DNA of 64,000 nucleotides, from positions 15,051 through 79,050 of the forward strand of contig CACYPS010000036.1 of assembly GCA_902776305.1 (NCBI GenBank), in the 5' to 3' direction. This document shows, in pieces, positions 18,610-27,495 of the stretch (position 1 is its first letter; every line of letters begins with the position of its first letter). Under the pieces are notes generated by a model, which had not been told where the DNA came from, made no database searches, and was given only the letters and a program-made list of their open reading frames with translations. Source of the stretch: an uncultured Lachnospiraceae bacterium. GTDB lineage: Bacteria > Bacillota > Clostridia > Lachnospirales > Lachnospiraceae. Position numbers and translations under genes: made by a program.

Positions 18610-21204
18610 ATGCAAAGCGGACACAGACGGGTAATCATAAAGCGGATTGCCATGACCTTGGGAATTCTGATGCTGGGAGCGATGTTCGCCGGCGCAGGAT
18701 TTCTTTTTTATTGTATGATGACAGCTCCCTCCATATCCATTCTGGATGCAAGGCCTCAGGGGTATCGCTCCAGCGTATTGGATGATGAGGGAAATGTCGT
18801 TCTCACCTTATCCGGCGAAGAGTCCAACCGCGTGTATGTGACGCTCGGGGAGATGCCGGAGGATTTGCAGCATGCATTTGTTGCAATCGAGGACGAGAGA
18901 TTCTACGAGCACCATGGGATCGATCCGAGGGGAATCGCGAGGGCATTTTTCAGAGGTATACAGAGCGGAGGTTTTTCGGAGGGCGCAAGCACCATTACGC
19001 AGCAGCTTTTGAAGAATAACGTCTTCGAGGGATGGACGGGCGAGGCTACATTTTATGACCGCCTGGTGCGCAAGCTGCAGGAGCAGTACCTGGCGATCTG
19101 CCTTGAGATGCATGTGACGAAGGACTGGATCCTTGAAAATTACATGAATACCATCAACCTTGGCGGCGGAAACTGGGGCGTTGAGACGGCGGCGAAGTAC
19201 TATTTTCACAAGGACGTCACCGCGCTGAATCTCAGCGAATGCGCAGTGCTTGCCGGCATCACCAAGAATCCCACGAGGTATAATCCGAGGATTAATAAGG
19301 AAGCAAATGCCTCCCGGCGCGAATTAGTCCTCTCCAAAATGAAGGAGCTCGGCTTCATAACGGAAGATGCATACAATGAAGCCATGGCTGACGATGTCTA
19401 CGTGAGAATTGAACAGGCGGAAAATGAACCGCTCGACAACACGGAGATTCTCACGTACTTTGAGGATGCCATGATATATGATGTTCTTGCAGATATCATG
19501 GCGGTAACTGGCTGCAGTGAGGAGGTCGCGTGGAAAATGATCTACCGTGGAGGTCTCACGATCCATTCGACCGAGAACAGTGTTCTGCAGCAGATCTGTG
19601 AGGACGAGGCAAACAATCCCGACCTCTACAGCACGGACGCGCAGGTGTCCATGGTCGTCATCGATACGCAGACCGGACAGGTCAAAGCCATGGTCGGCGG
19701 GCGCGGGCAGAAGACAGCCTCTCTGATCCTGAACAGGGCGACCAGCGAACCTCGTCAGCCGGGATCGACAATCAAAATCATCGGAGAGTATGCAGCGGCT
19801 CTGGATAAGGGCGAGATTACGCTGGGAACTATATTTGATGACGCTCCGTACACCTATTCCGACGGAACGGAGGTTCAGAATTCGGACGGGTCTTACGGCG
19901 GCTTTACTACCGTGCGAAGCGCAATCGTGAAATCCAACAATATCGTTGCACTGAAGACATTCCAGAAGATGGGAGTTGATGCAGTCTGGAATGAACTGAA
20001 CAACTTCGGGATTTCAACCCTTACGGATGATGACCGGGTGGAGGCACTTGCCCTCGGCGGTCTGACCAACGGCGTGACCAACCTCGAACTCACCGCCGCC
20101 TATGGGACGATCGCCCGCGGCGGGACATATATCAGGCCTACATATTATACTAAGATCGTCGATCACGACGGAAATGTGATCGTCGATAAGCAGACAGAGA
20201 GCAGAAAGGTCATTTCGGAGAGTACGGCGGCGCTTCTCACAAATGCCATGGAAGACGCGATTTGGTCGGGTACGGGAGCGGATGCGGCATTTGAAGGAAT
20301 GGATATAGCGGGAAAGAGCGGTACTTCGACAGATGGCGTTGATCTATGGTTCGTCGGCTATTCACCCTATCTCACCTGCGGCGTGTGGGGCGGCTATGAT
20401 GATCGGTCCGGGCAGGAGGAATCCACCTATGTCAAGAGCGTGTGGAAGACAGTCATGTCGAGAGCGCATGAGTCCCGTGAGTACATGCATCTGAGCAGCG
20501 AGGACGGATTAAAAACGGTCGTGATCTGTAAAAAATGCGGGAAGGTCGCAATCGAAGGCCTGTGTGATTCCACACAGCAGGGGGATATGACCGTGACGGA
20601 ATTTTACGTGCCCGGAACAGAGCCGACAGAGAAATGTGACTGTCATGTGTCAGTGAAAGTATGTGATTCTTCAGGGCTGAAGGCCAACAAGTACTGTAAG
20701 GATACCCACACGGAGGTTTACTTGAAGAGTGCGACCCCGGGAACGGCAGATGAGGAATATGTTCTGCCGGATTATCTCGAGAGTGGGGAGTGCAAGGAGC
20801 ACAAGAGTTCATGGTCTACGTTCTGGGGGAACGGAAATTCAGGTAACGGTTCCGGGAGCGGTTCCGGCTCCGGGAACGGCTCCGGCGGGGGCTCGAGTGG
20901 ATCAAATAGCGGTTCGGGATCGAATAACGGCTCCGGGAATGGTGGATCCGGTGGAGCAGGTTCGAATAACGGCTCAGGGAATGGCAGCGGCTGGGACTTC
21001 TGGGGCGGAGGATCCGGCGGCGATTCGGGAAACGGAGGATCCGGCGGGTCAGGTTCGAGTAACGGAAGCGGCAGCTCCGGCAGCGGATCGTTTTCGGACT
21101 GGTGGGATTCGCTCTGGGGGAGCGGTTCGGCCGGGGATTCGGGGGAGAATCGGTCTGAGAGGGGCGAGTATGATTCTGAGAATGGGACATATTGGAGCTG
21201 GTGA
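18610..21204 (+). CDS. Class A penicillin-binding protein (PBP1A family) with Gly/Ser/Asn/Trp-rich C-terminal tail
   Basis: Transglycosylase motifs EDERFYEHHG and GASTITQQL; transpeptidase motifs STIK, SNN, KSG; CxxC-containing domain; low-complexity tail. Confidence 0.92.
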   Translation: MQSGHRRVIIKRIAMTLGILMLGAMFAGAGFLFYCMMTAPSISILDARPQGYRSSVLDDEGNVVLTLSGEESNRVYVTLGEMPEDLQHAFVAIEDERFYEHHGIDPRGIARAFFRGIQSGGFSEGASTITQQLLKNNVFEGWTGEATFYDRLVRKLQEQYLAICLEMHVTKDWILENYMNTINLGGGNWGVETAAKYYFHKDVTALNLSECAVLAGITKNPTRYNPRINKEANASRRELVLSKMKELGFITEDAYNEAMADDVYVRIEQAENEPLDNTEILTYFEDAMIYDVLADIMAVTGCSEEVAWKMIYRGGLTIHSTENSVLQQICEDEANNPDLYSTDAQVSMVVIDTQTGQVKAMVGGRGQKTASLILNRATSEPRQPGSTIKIIGEYAAALDKGEITLGTIFDDAPYTYSDGTEVQNSDGSYGGFTTVRSAIVKSNNIVALKTFQKMGVDAVWNELNNFGISTLTDDDRVEALALGGLTNGVTNLELTAAYGTIARGGTYIRPTYYTKIVDHDGNVIVDKQTESRKVISESTAALLTNAMEDAIWSGTGADAAFEGMDIAGKSGTSTDGVDLWFVGYSPYLTCGVWGGYDDRSGQEESTYVKSVWKTVMSRAHESREYMHLSSEDGLKTVVICKKCGKVAIEGLCDSTQQGDMTVTEFYVPGTEPTEKCDCHVSVKVCDSSGLKANKYCKDTHTEVYLKSATPGTADEEYVLPDYLESGECKEHKSSWSTFWGNGNSGNGSGSGSGSGNGSGGGSSGSNSGSGSNNGSGNGGSGGAGSNNGSGNGSGWDFWGGGSGGDSGNGGSGGSGSSNGSGSSGSGSFSDWWDSLWGSGSAGDSGENRSERGEYDSENGTYWSW

Positions 21205-21222
21205 TGTAAGGGGTATGTGAGG

Positions 21223-21556
21223 GGTTACTATTCAGCTGCCAGCCACATATGCATATCCTGTGTCATCGGTATACATATTCATCGGTAAACTCTTGTCCAG
21301 CCTTGCGAAACGAAAAACCATATCTGCAATATGTGTTCCCGCGTGTCGCTAAACGCATACACTTGGTCACACATATTGCAATGGTATTTGAGTGGTTACT
21401 ATTCAGCTGCCATTCACATATGCATATCCTGTGTCACCGGTATACGTATTCATCGGTAAACTCTTGTCCTGCCTTGCGAAACGAAAAACCATATCTGCAA
21501 TATGTGTTCCCGCGTGTCGCTAAACGCATACACTTGGTCACACATATTGCAATGGT
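21223..21556. repeat. 171-bp direct tandem duplication with internal hairpin
   Basis: GGTTACTATTCAGCTGCC at 21223 and 21394; copies nearly identical. Confidence 0.92.
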
Positions 21557-21667
21557 TTTTGTTTCTCGGCAGGACTGCGAATGTTTACCGCTTGAATAGT
21601 ATACCGTTTGCCACAGGGGTGACGGATAGAGGAGGCAGCTGAATGGTAACCGGAAGTAGGTGGCGAT

Positions 21668-22058
21668 TTACCGAAGTAATTGAGATTATGCGCTGTACTT
21701 CGGTAAAGCTATCTTGCTTTCATGTACCATAAGCCGCCGGATTACCGAAGTAATTGAGATTTTGCGCAATACTTCGGTAATCCTATCCTGCTTTCATGGA
21801 CCACAAGCAGCCGAATTACCGAAGTAAATGAGAATTTGAGCAGTACTTCGGTAATCCTATCCTGCTTTCCGAATTACCGAAGTAAATGAGAATTTGTGCA
21901 GTACTTCGGTAATCCTATCCTGCTTTCATGGACCACAAGGGGCCGAATTACCGAAGTAATCGAGCTTTTGCGCAATACTTCGGTAAAGCTTTCCAGCTTT
22001 CATACCCAAGAGGCCCAATTTACCCAAGTAAGCAAGTTTTTGAGCCGTACTTCCGTAA
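21668..22058. repeat. Palindromic-unit array D: 6 units
   Basis: Left arms at 21668, 21742, 21816, 21874, 21948, 22020; periods 74, 74, 58, 74, 72. Confidence 0.93.
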
Positions 22059-22087
22059 ATTGCTGATAAAATCATGATTCAAGACAT

Positions 22088-22125
22088 AAAAGAGGTTGGA
22101 TGCGCTCGTGCACCCAACCTCTTTT
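22088..22125 (-). terminator. Bidirectional intrinsic terminator downstream of fprA
   Basis: AAAAGAGGTTGG...CCAACCTCTTTT. Confidence 0.85.
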
Positions 22126-22134
22126 GTTACACTT

Positions 22135-22175
22135 CCGGTGAAATCCGGTGAAATCCAGTGAAATCCAGCGAAATC
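22135..22175. repeat. 10-bp microrepeat, 4 copies: CC(G/A)G(T/C)GAAAT
   Basis: Units at 22135, 22145, 22155, 22165. Confidence 0.8.
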
Positions 22176-22192
22176 AAAATCACATCTAAAAA

Positions 22193-23389
22193 TCACATCT
22201 CCGCCACCGCATCTACGAACGCATCCAGCATCTCCTCGTCAGACGCATGAAGCGCGCTCTTAATCGTCAGCATATTTTCGAGAACCGTCGCACCCTTGAG
22301 CGCTGACAGCTTCTCTACAATCTGCTTGCCGGAACTCGGTGCCCAGGTTCCGTTCTGAGCGACCGCGAACTTGCGATTCTTGAGATCCAGCGCAGCCATG
22401 TCATGAAGCAGCGCATCGACCGGGAGATAAATTCCGTTGTTGTAGGTCGGGCAGAAGATAACGATCTTGCCTACTCTCCATGCCTCGCCGATGAGGTTGG
22501 AGGCGTGTGTCTCCGAAACATCATAGACCTTGACATTCTTGCCGCTCTTTCTGCTAAGCTTTGCGGCAAATGCCTCCGCCGCCGATGCCGTATGTCCGTA
22601 CAGACTTCCGTAGATTACGACAAATCCGTCGTCTTCCGGTGTGCAGGTCGACCACTTCTGATACTTGTCGATGAACCAGGCAATGTTTTCTCTCCAGACC
22701 GGTCCGTGCAGCGGGCAGATCGCCTTGATATCGAGCGTTGCAGCCTTCTTGAGAACGTTCTGGACCTGAACGCCGTACTTACCCACGATATTTGCATAAT
22801 ACCTGCGTGCGTCATCGAGGAAATCCTTCTCGAAGTTGTACTCATCCGCAAAAATACCGTTTTCGATGGCACCGAATGTTCCGAACGCATCGGCTGAGAA
22901 CAGCGTTCCGCATGTCTCGTCGTATGCGAACATTGCCTCCGGCCAGTGGACCATTGGAGCAAGAACAAAGCGGAATGTGTGAGCACCGGTCGTGAGAGTA
23001 TCCTTCTCCTTGACGACCTGACGCCTGATGGAGGCTGTCTCCGGGAAGAAATTATTCAGCATCTGGAAGGTCTTCGCGTTGCCGACCAGTGTGAGGTCCG
23101 GATACATGGCTGCGACAGTTGCGATCTGAGAGCAGTGGTCCGGCTCCATGTGAAGGATCACGAGATAATCGAGCGGTCTGTCTCCGAGAGCGGAGCGCAG
23201 ATTTTCGAGATACTGGTCGGAGATGGAGATGTCGGCAGTGTCAAATACCAACGTCTTCGCGTCGAGAACGATATAGCTGTTATATGAAACGCCGTTCGGA
23301 AGCGGGAAAAGATTTTCAAAACGGGCGAGACGTCTGTCACTGCCTCCGATCCAGAATGTATCCTGTGCAACTTGCTGAATGTTAATCAT
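22193..23389 (-). CDS. fprA: FprA-family A-type flavoprotein (flavodiiron: metallo-beta-lactamase plus flavodoxin)
   Basis: GVSYNSY, HMEPDH, PMVHWPE, LFSADAFG, PLHG, YGSLYGHT; AGGAGG RBS before ATG 23389. Confidence 0.9.
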   Translation of the reverse strand: MINIQQVAQDTFWIGGSDRRLARFENLFPLPNGVSYNSYIVLDAKTLVFDTADISISDQYLENLRSALGDRPLDYLVILHMEPDHCSQIATVAAMYPDLTLVGNAKTFQMLNNFFPETASIRRQVVKEKDTLTTGAHTFRFVLAPMVHWPEAMFAYDETCGTLFSADAFGTFGAIENGIFADEYNFEKDFLDDARRYYANIVGKYGVQVQNVLKKAATLDIKAICPLHGPVWRENIAWFIDKYQKWSTCTPEDDGFVVIYGSLYGHTASAAEAFAAKLSRKSGKNVKVYDVSETHASNLIGEAWRVGKIVIFCPTYNNGIYLPVDALLHDMAALDLKNRKFAVAQNGTWAPSSGKQIVEKLSALKGATVLENMLTIKSALHASDEEMLDAFVDAVAEM

Positions 23390-23418
23390 GTTATCCTCCT
23401 TAAGATAGTTGTGTGTGC

Positions 23419-23691
23419 TGTGGATGATTTGATTATACATGATTGTTTTTGTTAGAGGAAGAGTTTGTATCCACAAAAAATGTGGATAAAATGTGGATAT
23501 CCTGTCGACAACAAAATCCGCACCCCTCGCAGCTGTGCGGAAAATGCCTGATCTTCCCGCAGTGTCAGCACTCGAAATGCAGGAAAATAAGCCATCTGTG
23601 GGGGTCCGGTTACATAAAGTCTTAACGTGGAAGTTATCAACATACTCGATGTGGGTAATGTGGATAACCCTCGTTGGAATGTTGTGGATTT
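23419..23691. promoter_or_regulatory. DnaA-box cluster (2 perfect, 5 one-mismatch, 1 two-mismatch)
   Basis: TGTGGATAA at 23481 and 23659; near matches at 23419, 23467, 23492, 23634, 23650, 23683. Confidence 0.75.
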
Positions 23692-23954
23692 GTAATAAAA
23701 TTAACACAATTGTAATATACTGAATCGTTATTTACGGGAATAAAGGAGACGGTAACTGGTATAATAGAAATACAAAGCGCCAAACATGCCCTGATAGGAG
23801 AAGCCGGCATCCGCGAGTCCGAACCGCTCAATTTGCATTCTTGATTAATAAGATATCTTGAGGTGTATGGGAAGTTTGTCGGAACAAGACACATTGTCAG
23901 TTTTACAGGTAACAGGAAGCTCATTAAATCGGATTACAGTGAAGGAGAAGGACT

Positions 23955-26900
23955 ATGAAAAAAAGATTTATTGCGTTGCTGATAGCGCAGGCCCTGATTG
24001 TGAGCAGCGTCACTGCACCGGCATATGCATCGGACTTGTCTGATTATGGGACACAACTCGATGAAACAGCTATCGGATCCGGGATGTATCCGGACATTCT
24101 GTCGGGTGAAGATGACCTTGCGGATGGGGAGGATGTACTGTCGGAAACGGATTTTGCCGATGAGTTATATGAAGATGATGAGAGCGGATTGCCGGAATCT
24201 GACCCGGATATCGACTTCTCCGAGACCGATGATGGAGAGCAGGAGACTCCGGTTGACGGAGAAGAAGAGTTACAGAATGCAGAAGACTCTGAGAGTGCCG
24301 GCTCGACGGATGCTGCAATAGATGCTCCCGCCACGTCGCAGGAGATGCAGGTCGTGACAGATGAACTGAAAAAGCAGGCGGAAGCAGAAAAAGAACCTGA
24401 AGCAGAAAAGGAACCTGAGACGGATCTCCTCATAGAGGAACAGCTCAAGGAGCAGGAGGAGATTCTTGTCGGAAAGCCTGCGGCACCGGAAGAGATCGTG
24501 TGCGGAGATACGGGTTCATTTGCACAGGCACTCTCCGACATGAATATCGAGTATCCCTGCGACTATGAAGCGGAAATCGTCATCGATCTCAACGAGGATC
24601 TGATTACCGGCGGTGACGGAGAGGAGCTTGTCGGAGCAGACAGCTATGTCCTTGCGGCTGCGGAAGAAGATGATGCAAATGCGGCAACCGCTCTCCTGAA
24701 GGAGAACGGATATGCAGATGTCACCTGTGAGAACAATGTGATACGTGCAAATGACAGATATGCCACATGCCGCCTATTTGTCATGTCTTCGGAGCCGGTC
24801 GACACGAGAGGAGCCCTCTCGGTCATTACATTTGGCGAAACGAACCTCATTCAGTACGCGACGCCGGCTGAAGCCGCGATTGCTGCCGAGATGTTGAAGG
24901 ATGACCCCGGGGTATGGGAAGTTATACCCGATCTCGTCATGACGATTGACGGTGATATGGATGCTGACATTGAGATGGATTCCGAGGAAACGGATGCTGA
25001 CATTGAGACGGATTCCGAGGATACAGACGCTGACATTGAGATAGATTCCGAGGATACGGATGCCGGAGAAACTGCCGCAACCGGTCAGAGTCCGGACAGT
25101 GTAGACATAGAGACGCCTGAAGCGGAAATCAGGGAGGGAGACTCCGGAGCAGATGCGGCGGCCTATGGTGAAAATGGTGGCACAGAGATTTCCGGCACAG
25201 ACATGTCGACCGATACGGAAGATGAAACGGAAATTCCTGATCTGGAACCGGAAAGTGACGACGAGGAGAACGTCGGACGATATTTCAAGGGGTATTCCGG
25301 CTATTTTTCCCGGGCCGTGTCCTATATGGGAATTGACAGGCTGCTGAATAATACCGGATCAATCAATACGGTGGTTTATGTGGCAGTAATTGACACCGGA
25401 TACGATACATCCTGCTCCTATGTCAATTATGATCGTGTGCTGCTGAATAAGGCTATTTCTGTTGTCGGCGGAACCGTTAATGATAGAGAGGGACACGGGA
25501 CATTTGTCCTGAACCAGATTTATGAAGCCACGGACAATGCGGTTCGATTCATACCGGTCAGAATGTATGATAATTACGGAAACAGCAGTGCAAGTAATGC
25601 ATTGTCGGCGATTTATAAATCAGTGGACGCCGGTGCCGATGTTATCAATTACAGTAACGGCGCTTCTATCGGGTATTACGAGACGTTTTCTGCGGGAGAA
25701 GCAGCGCTGCAATATGCGCTGAATAAAAAGTGCTATTTGGTAGCAGCCGCAGGAAATGAACATACCGATACCCATTATGTATGGCCGGCTAAGAGCAACA
25801 GATGCCTTACAATCTCCTCGATTTCTTATGCTTCAGGACAATATACGGATTACACGAACTACGGAAGCAGTGTAGACTTTGCCGCACCGGGCGGAGACTA
25901 TAATAACCCCATATATGGCATCGGCAGGTATAATAAGTCTGAGCGCGAGACCGGAACTTCCATGGCGGCACCGTATTATACTGCAGTTATTGCCGATCTT
26001 AAGGCAAACGGCCGTGCCTTCGGTACTCTGTCCACTCTCATTAAGAGTCTGAAGAGTTATTGCAGTCCGTACCTGACATCATCTTCGTCATATTATGTCG
26101 GAAATGGCTGTGTATATCTCGGAAATGCAATCAATCGCACGATCACTACAGACATGTTCAATGCGATTGGGAACCGTGCATATACAGGATCGCAGATCAG
26201 ACCGAATCCGAGCGTTAAGTATAACGGCAAGAAAATGATGCTGCACAGAGATTATGAACTGTCCTACGGCTATAATGTCAATGTGGGTACGGGCAGGGTT
26301 TATGTTTCCGGACGCGGTGTATATACAGGCTCGGCATACCGGGATTTTAACATTGTACCCCGGAGTATAGAAAAGGCATCCGTGAAGATCAAGACCGGAA
26401 AATATGCCTACGCCTACAGCGGAACGGCGAAGACTCCTACAATGGTCGTTAAGCTGAACGGCAAAACATTACAGCGGGGATATGACTATACACTTACGTA
26501 CAAGAATAATGTGTACCCCGGACAGGCAACGGTCGTCGCTCAGGGTATAGGAAATTATAAGGGAACCGCATCCTGCCAGTTCGGAATCAGCAAGCGCGTG
26601 ACAACGATACTCAATAATTACACGTATATCCTTGTGCCTAAAGTGGCAACCGGCCGGGTCGTCGGACTGAAGAGCGGCGGCATGACCAATAACACGGCAC
26701 TGTGTATAACAAGTAAGACGTGTTCGGAGGGACAGCAATTCAAGCTGACGAAGAACAGCGACGGCACGTATTCTATTATCAGCATGAAGTGTGAGTTCGC
26801 TGTGGATTCTTACAACGGAAGCAAGAATAGCGGCGTCAATGCTGTCATCCGTGTATTCAGTAAATCGCGCAAGTCAGAGAGGTGGTCAGTCAAAAAATGC

Positions 26901-27488
26901 AGTGACGGAACCTTCGTATTCGTGAATAAAAATTCCGGCAAGGCGCTCAACGCAGAAAACGGAGCCGCAAATAAAGCTGCGGTAAAAATGCGGAACAGGA
27001 CGAACAGTACGGCACAGAGATTCTATCTCGAGCAGGTATCCACCAAAGTGGTGACCAGACCATATGACGGTCTCTGCACACTGAGAGCTTCCAGGAACAA
27101 GAGCTTTGTAATCGATGTCCCGGCGGGATCAACACAGAGCGGCACGAAGCTGCAGGTTTACAGAAGCAACGGAACCAAAGCACAGAAGTTCCGCTTCTAC
27201 TACAGCGGAAATAATACGTACCGTATCGTGAACGTTAATTCCGGTAAGGTGCTGATGCCGACGAAATCCAAGGCGACGAAGGGCGCCGCAATTGTACAGG
27301 GAGTATGGAAAGGTAAGACCTGTCAGAGATGGAGAATTGTAAAGAAGAGCAACGGAACCATCGCCCTTAAAAATTATGAGGGATACTACCTGGAGATGGT
27401 CGGGAATACGCCTAAGAATGGGGCTAAACTGCGCTTGAATTCGTATTCGGCGGCCAGACGGTTTATGTGGGTGAGAAAGAAAGAGTGA
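23955..27488 (+). CDS. Secreted S8 (subtilisin) serine protease with acidic N-terminal region, YTG-type spacer repeats and C-terminal ricin-B domains
   Basis: Signal peptide; catalytic triad motifs VAVIDTG, GHGT, GTSMAAP; Qx(F/W) ricin motifs. Confidence 0.87.
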   Translation: MKKRFIALLIAQALIVSSVTAPAYASDLSDYGTQLDETAIGSGMYPDILSGEDDLADGEDVLSETDFADELYEDDESGLPESDPDIDFSETDDGEQETPVDGEEELQNAEDSESAGSTDAAIDAPATSQEMQVVTDELKKQAEAEKEPEAEKEPETDLLIEEQLKEQEEILVGKPAAPEEIVCGDTGSFAQALSDMNIEYPCDYEAEIVIDLNEDLITGGDGEELVGADSYVLAAAEEDDANAATALLKENGYADVTCENNVIRANDRYATCRLFVMSSEPVDTRGALSVITFGETNLIQYATPAEAAIAAEMLKDDPGVWEVIPDLVMTIDGDMDADIEMDSEETDADIETDSEDTDADIEIDSEDTDAGETAATGQSPDSVDIETPEAEIREGDSGADAAAYGENGGTEISGTDMSTDTEDETEIPDLEPESDDEENVGRYFKGYSGYFSRAVSYMGIDRLLNNTGSINTVVYVAVIDTGYDTSCSYVNYDRVLLNKAISVVGGTVNDREGHGTFVLNQIYEATDNAVRFIPVRMYDNYGNSSASNALSAIYKSVDAGADVINYSNGASIGYYETFSAGEAALQYALNKKCYLVAAAGNEHTDTHYVWPAKSNRCLTISSISYASGQYTDYTNYGSSVDFAAPGGDYNNPIYGIGRYNKSERETGTSMAAPYYTAVIADLKANGRAFGTLSTLIKSLKSYCSPYLTSSSSYYVGNGCVYLGNAINRTITTDMFNAIGNRAYTGSQIRPNPSVKYNGKKMMLHRDYELSYGYNVNVGTGRVYVSGRGVYTGSAYRDFNIVPRSIEKASVKIKTGKYAYAYSGTAKTPTMVVKLNGKTLQRGYDYTLTYKNNVYPGQATVVAQGIGNYKGTASCQFGISKRVTTILNNYTYILVPKVATGRVVGLKSGGMTNNTALCITSKTCSEGQQFKLTKNSDGTYSIISMKCEFAVDSYNGSKNSGVNAVIRVFSKSRKSERWSVKKCSDGTFVFVNKNSGKALNAENGAANKAAVKMRNRTNSTAQRFYLEQVSTKVVTRPYDGLCTLRASRNKSFVIDVPAGSTQSGTKLQVYRSNGTKAQKFRFYYSGNNTYRIVNVNSGKVLMPTKSKATKGAAIVQGVWKGKTCQRWRIVKKSNGTIALKNYEGYYLEMVGNTPKNGAKLRLNSYSAARRFMWVRKKE
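24960..25062 (+). repeat. In-frame 33-bp repeat, about 3 copies (DADIExDSExT)
   Basis: Units at 24960, 24993, 25026. Confidence 0.88.
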
Positions 27489-27495
27489 CTTAAAT

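Noticed and set aside
17461-18624. 387-aa minus-strand ORF
   Set aside because: Antisense to the well-supported PfkB kinase; shadow of biased codon usage.
21249-21599. 116-aa ORF with a 57-aa repeat
   Set aside because: No RBS or domain signature; a 171-bp unit keeps frame automatically. Not excluded without Ribo-seq.
23390-23707. 106-aa N-terminal extension of fprA in the ORF track
   Set aside because: A strong RBS precedes ATG 23389; the extension runs through the DnaA-box and promoter region.
23419-23733. oriC
   Set aside because: No dnaA, dnaN or rpmH nearby, no switch in gene orientation and no clear DnaA-trio run. Kept only as a DnaA-box cluster.
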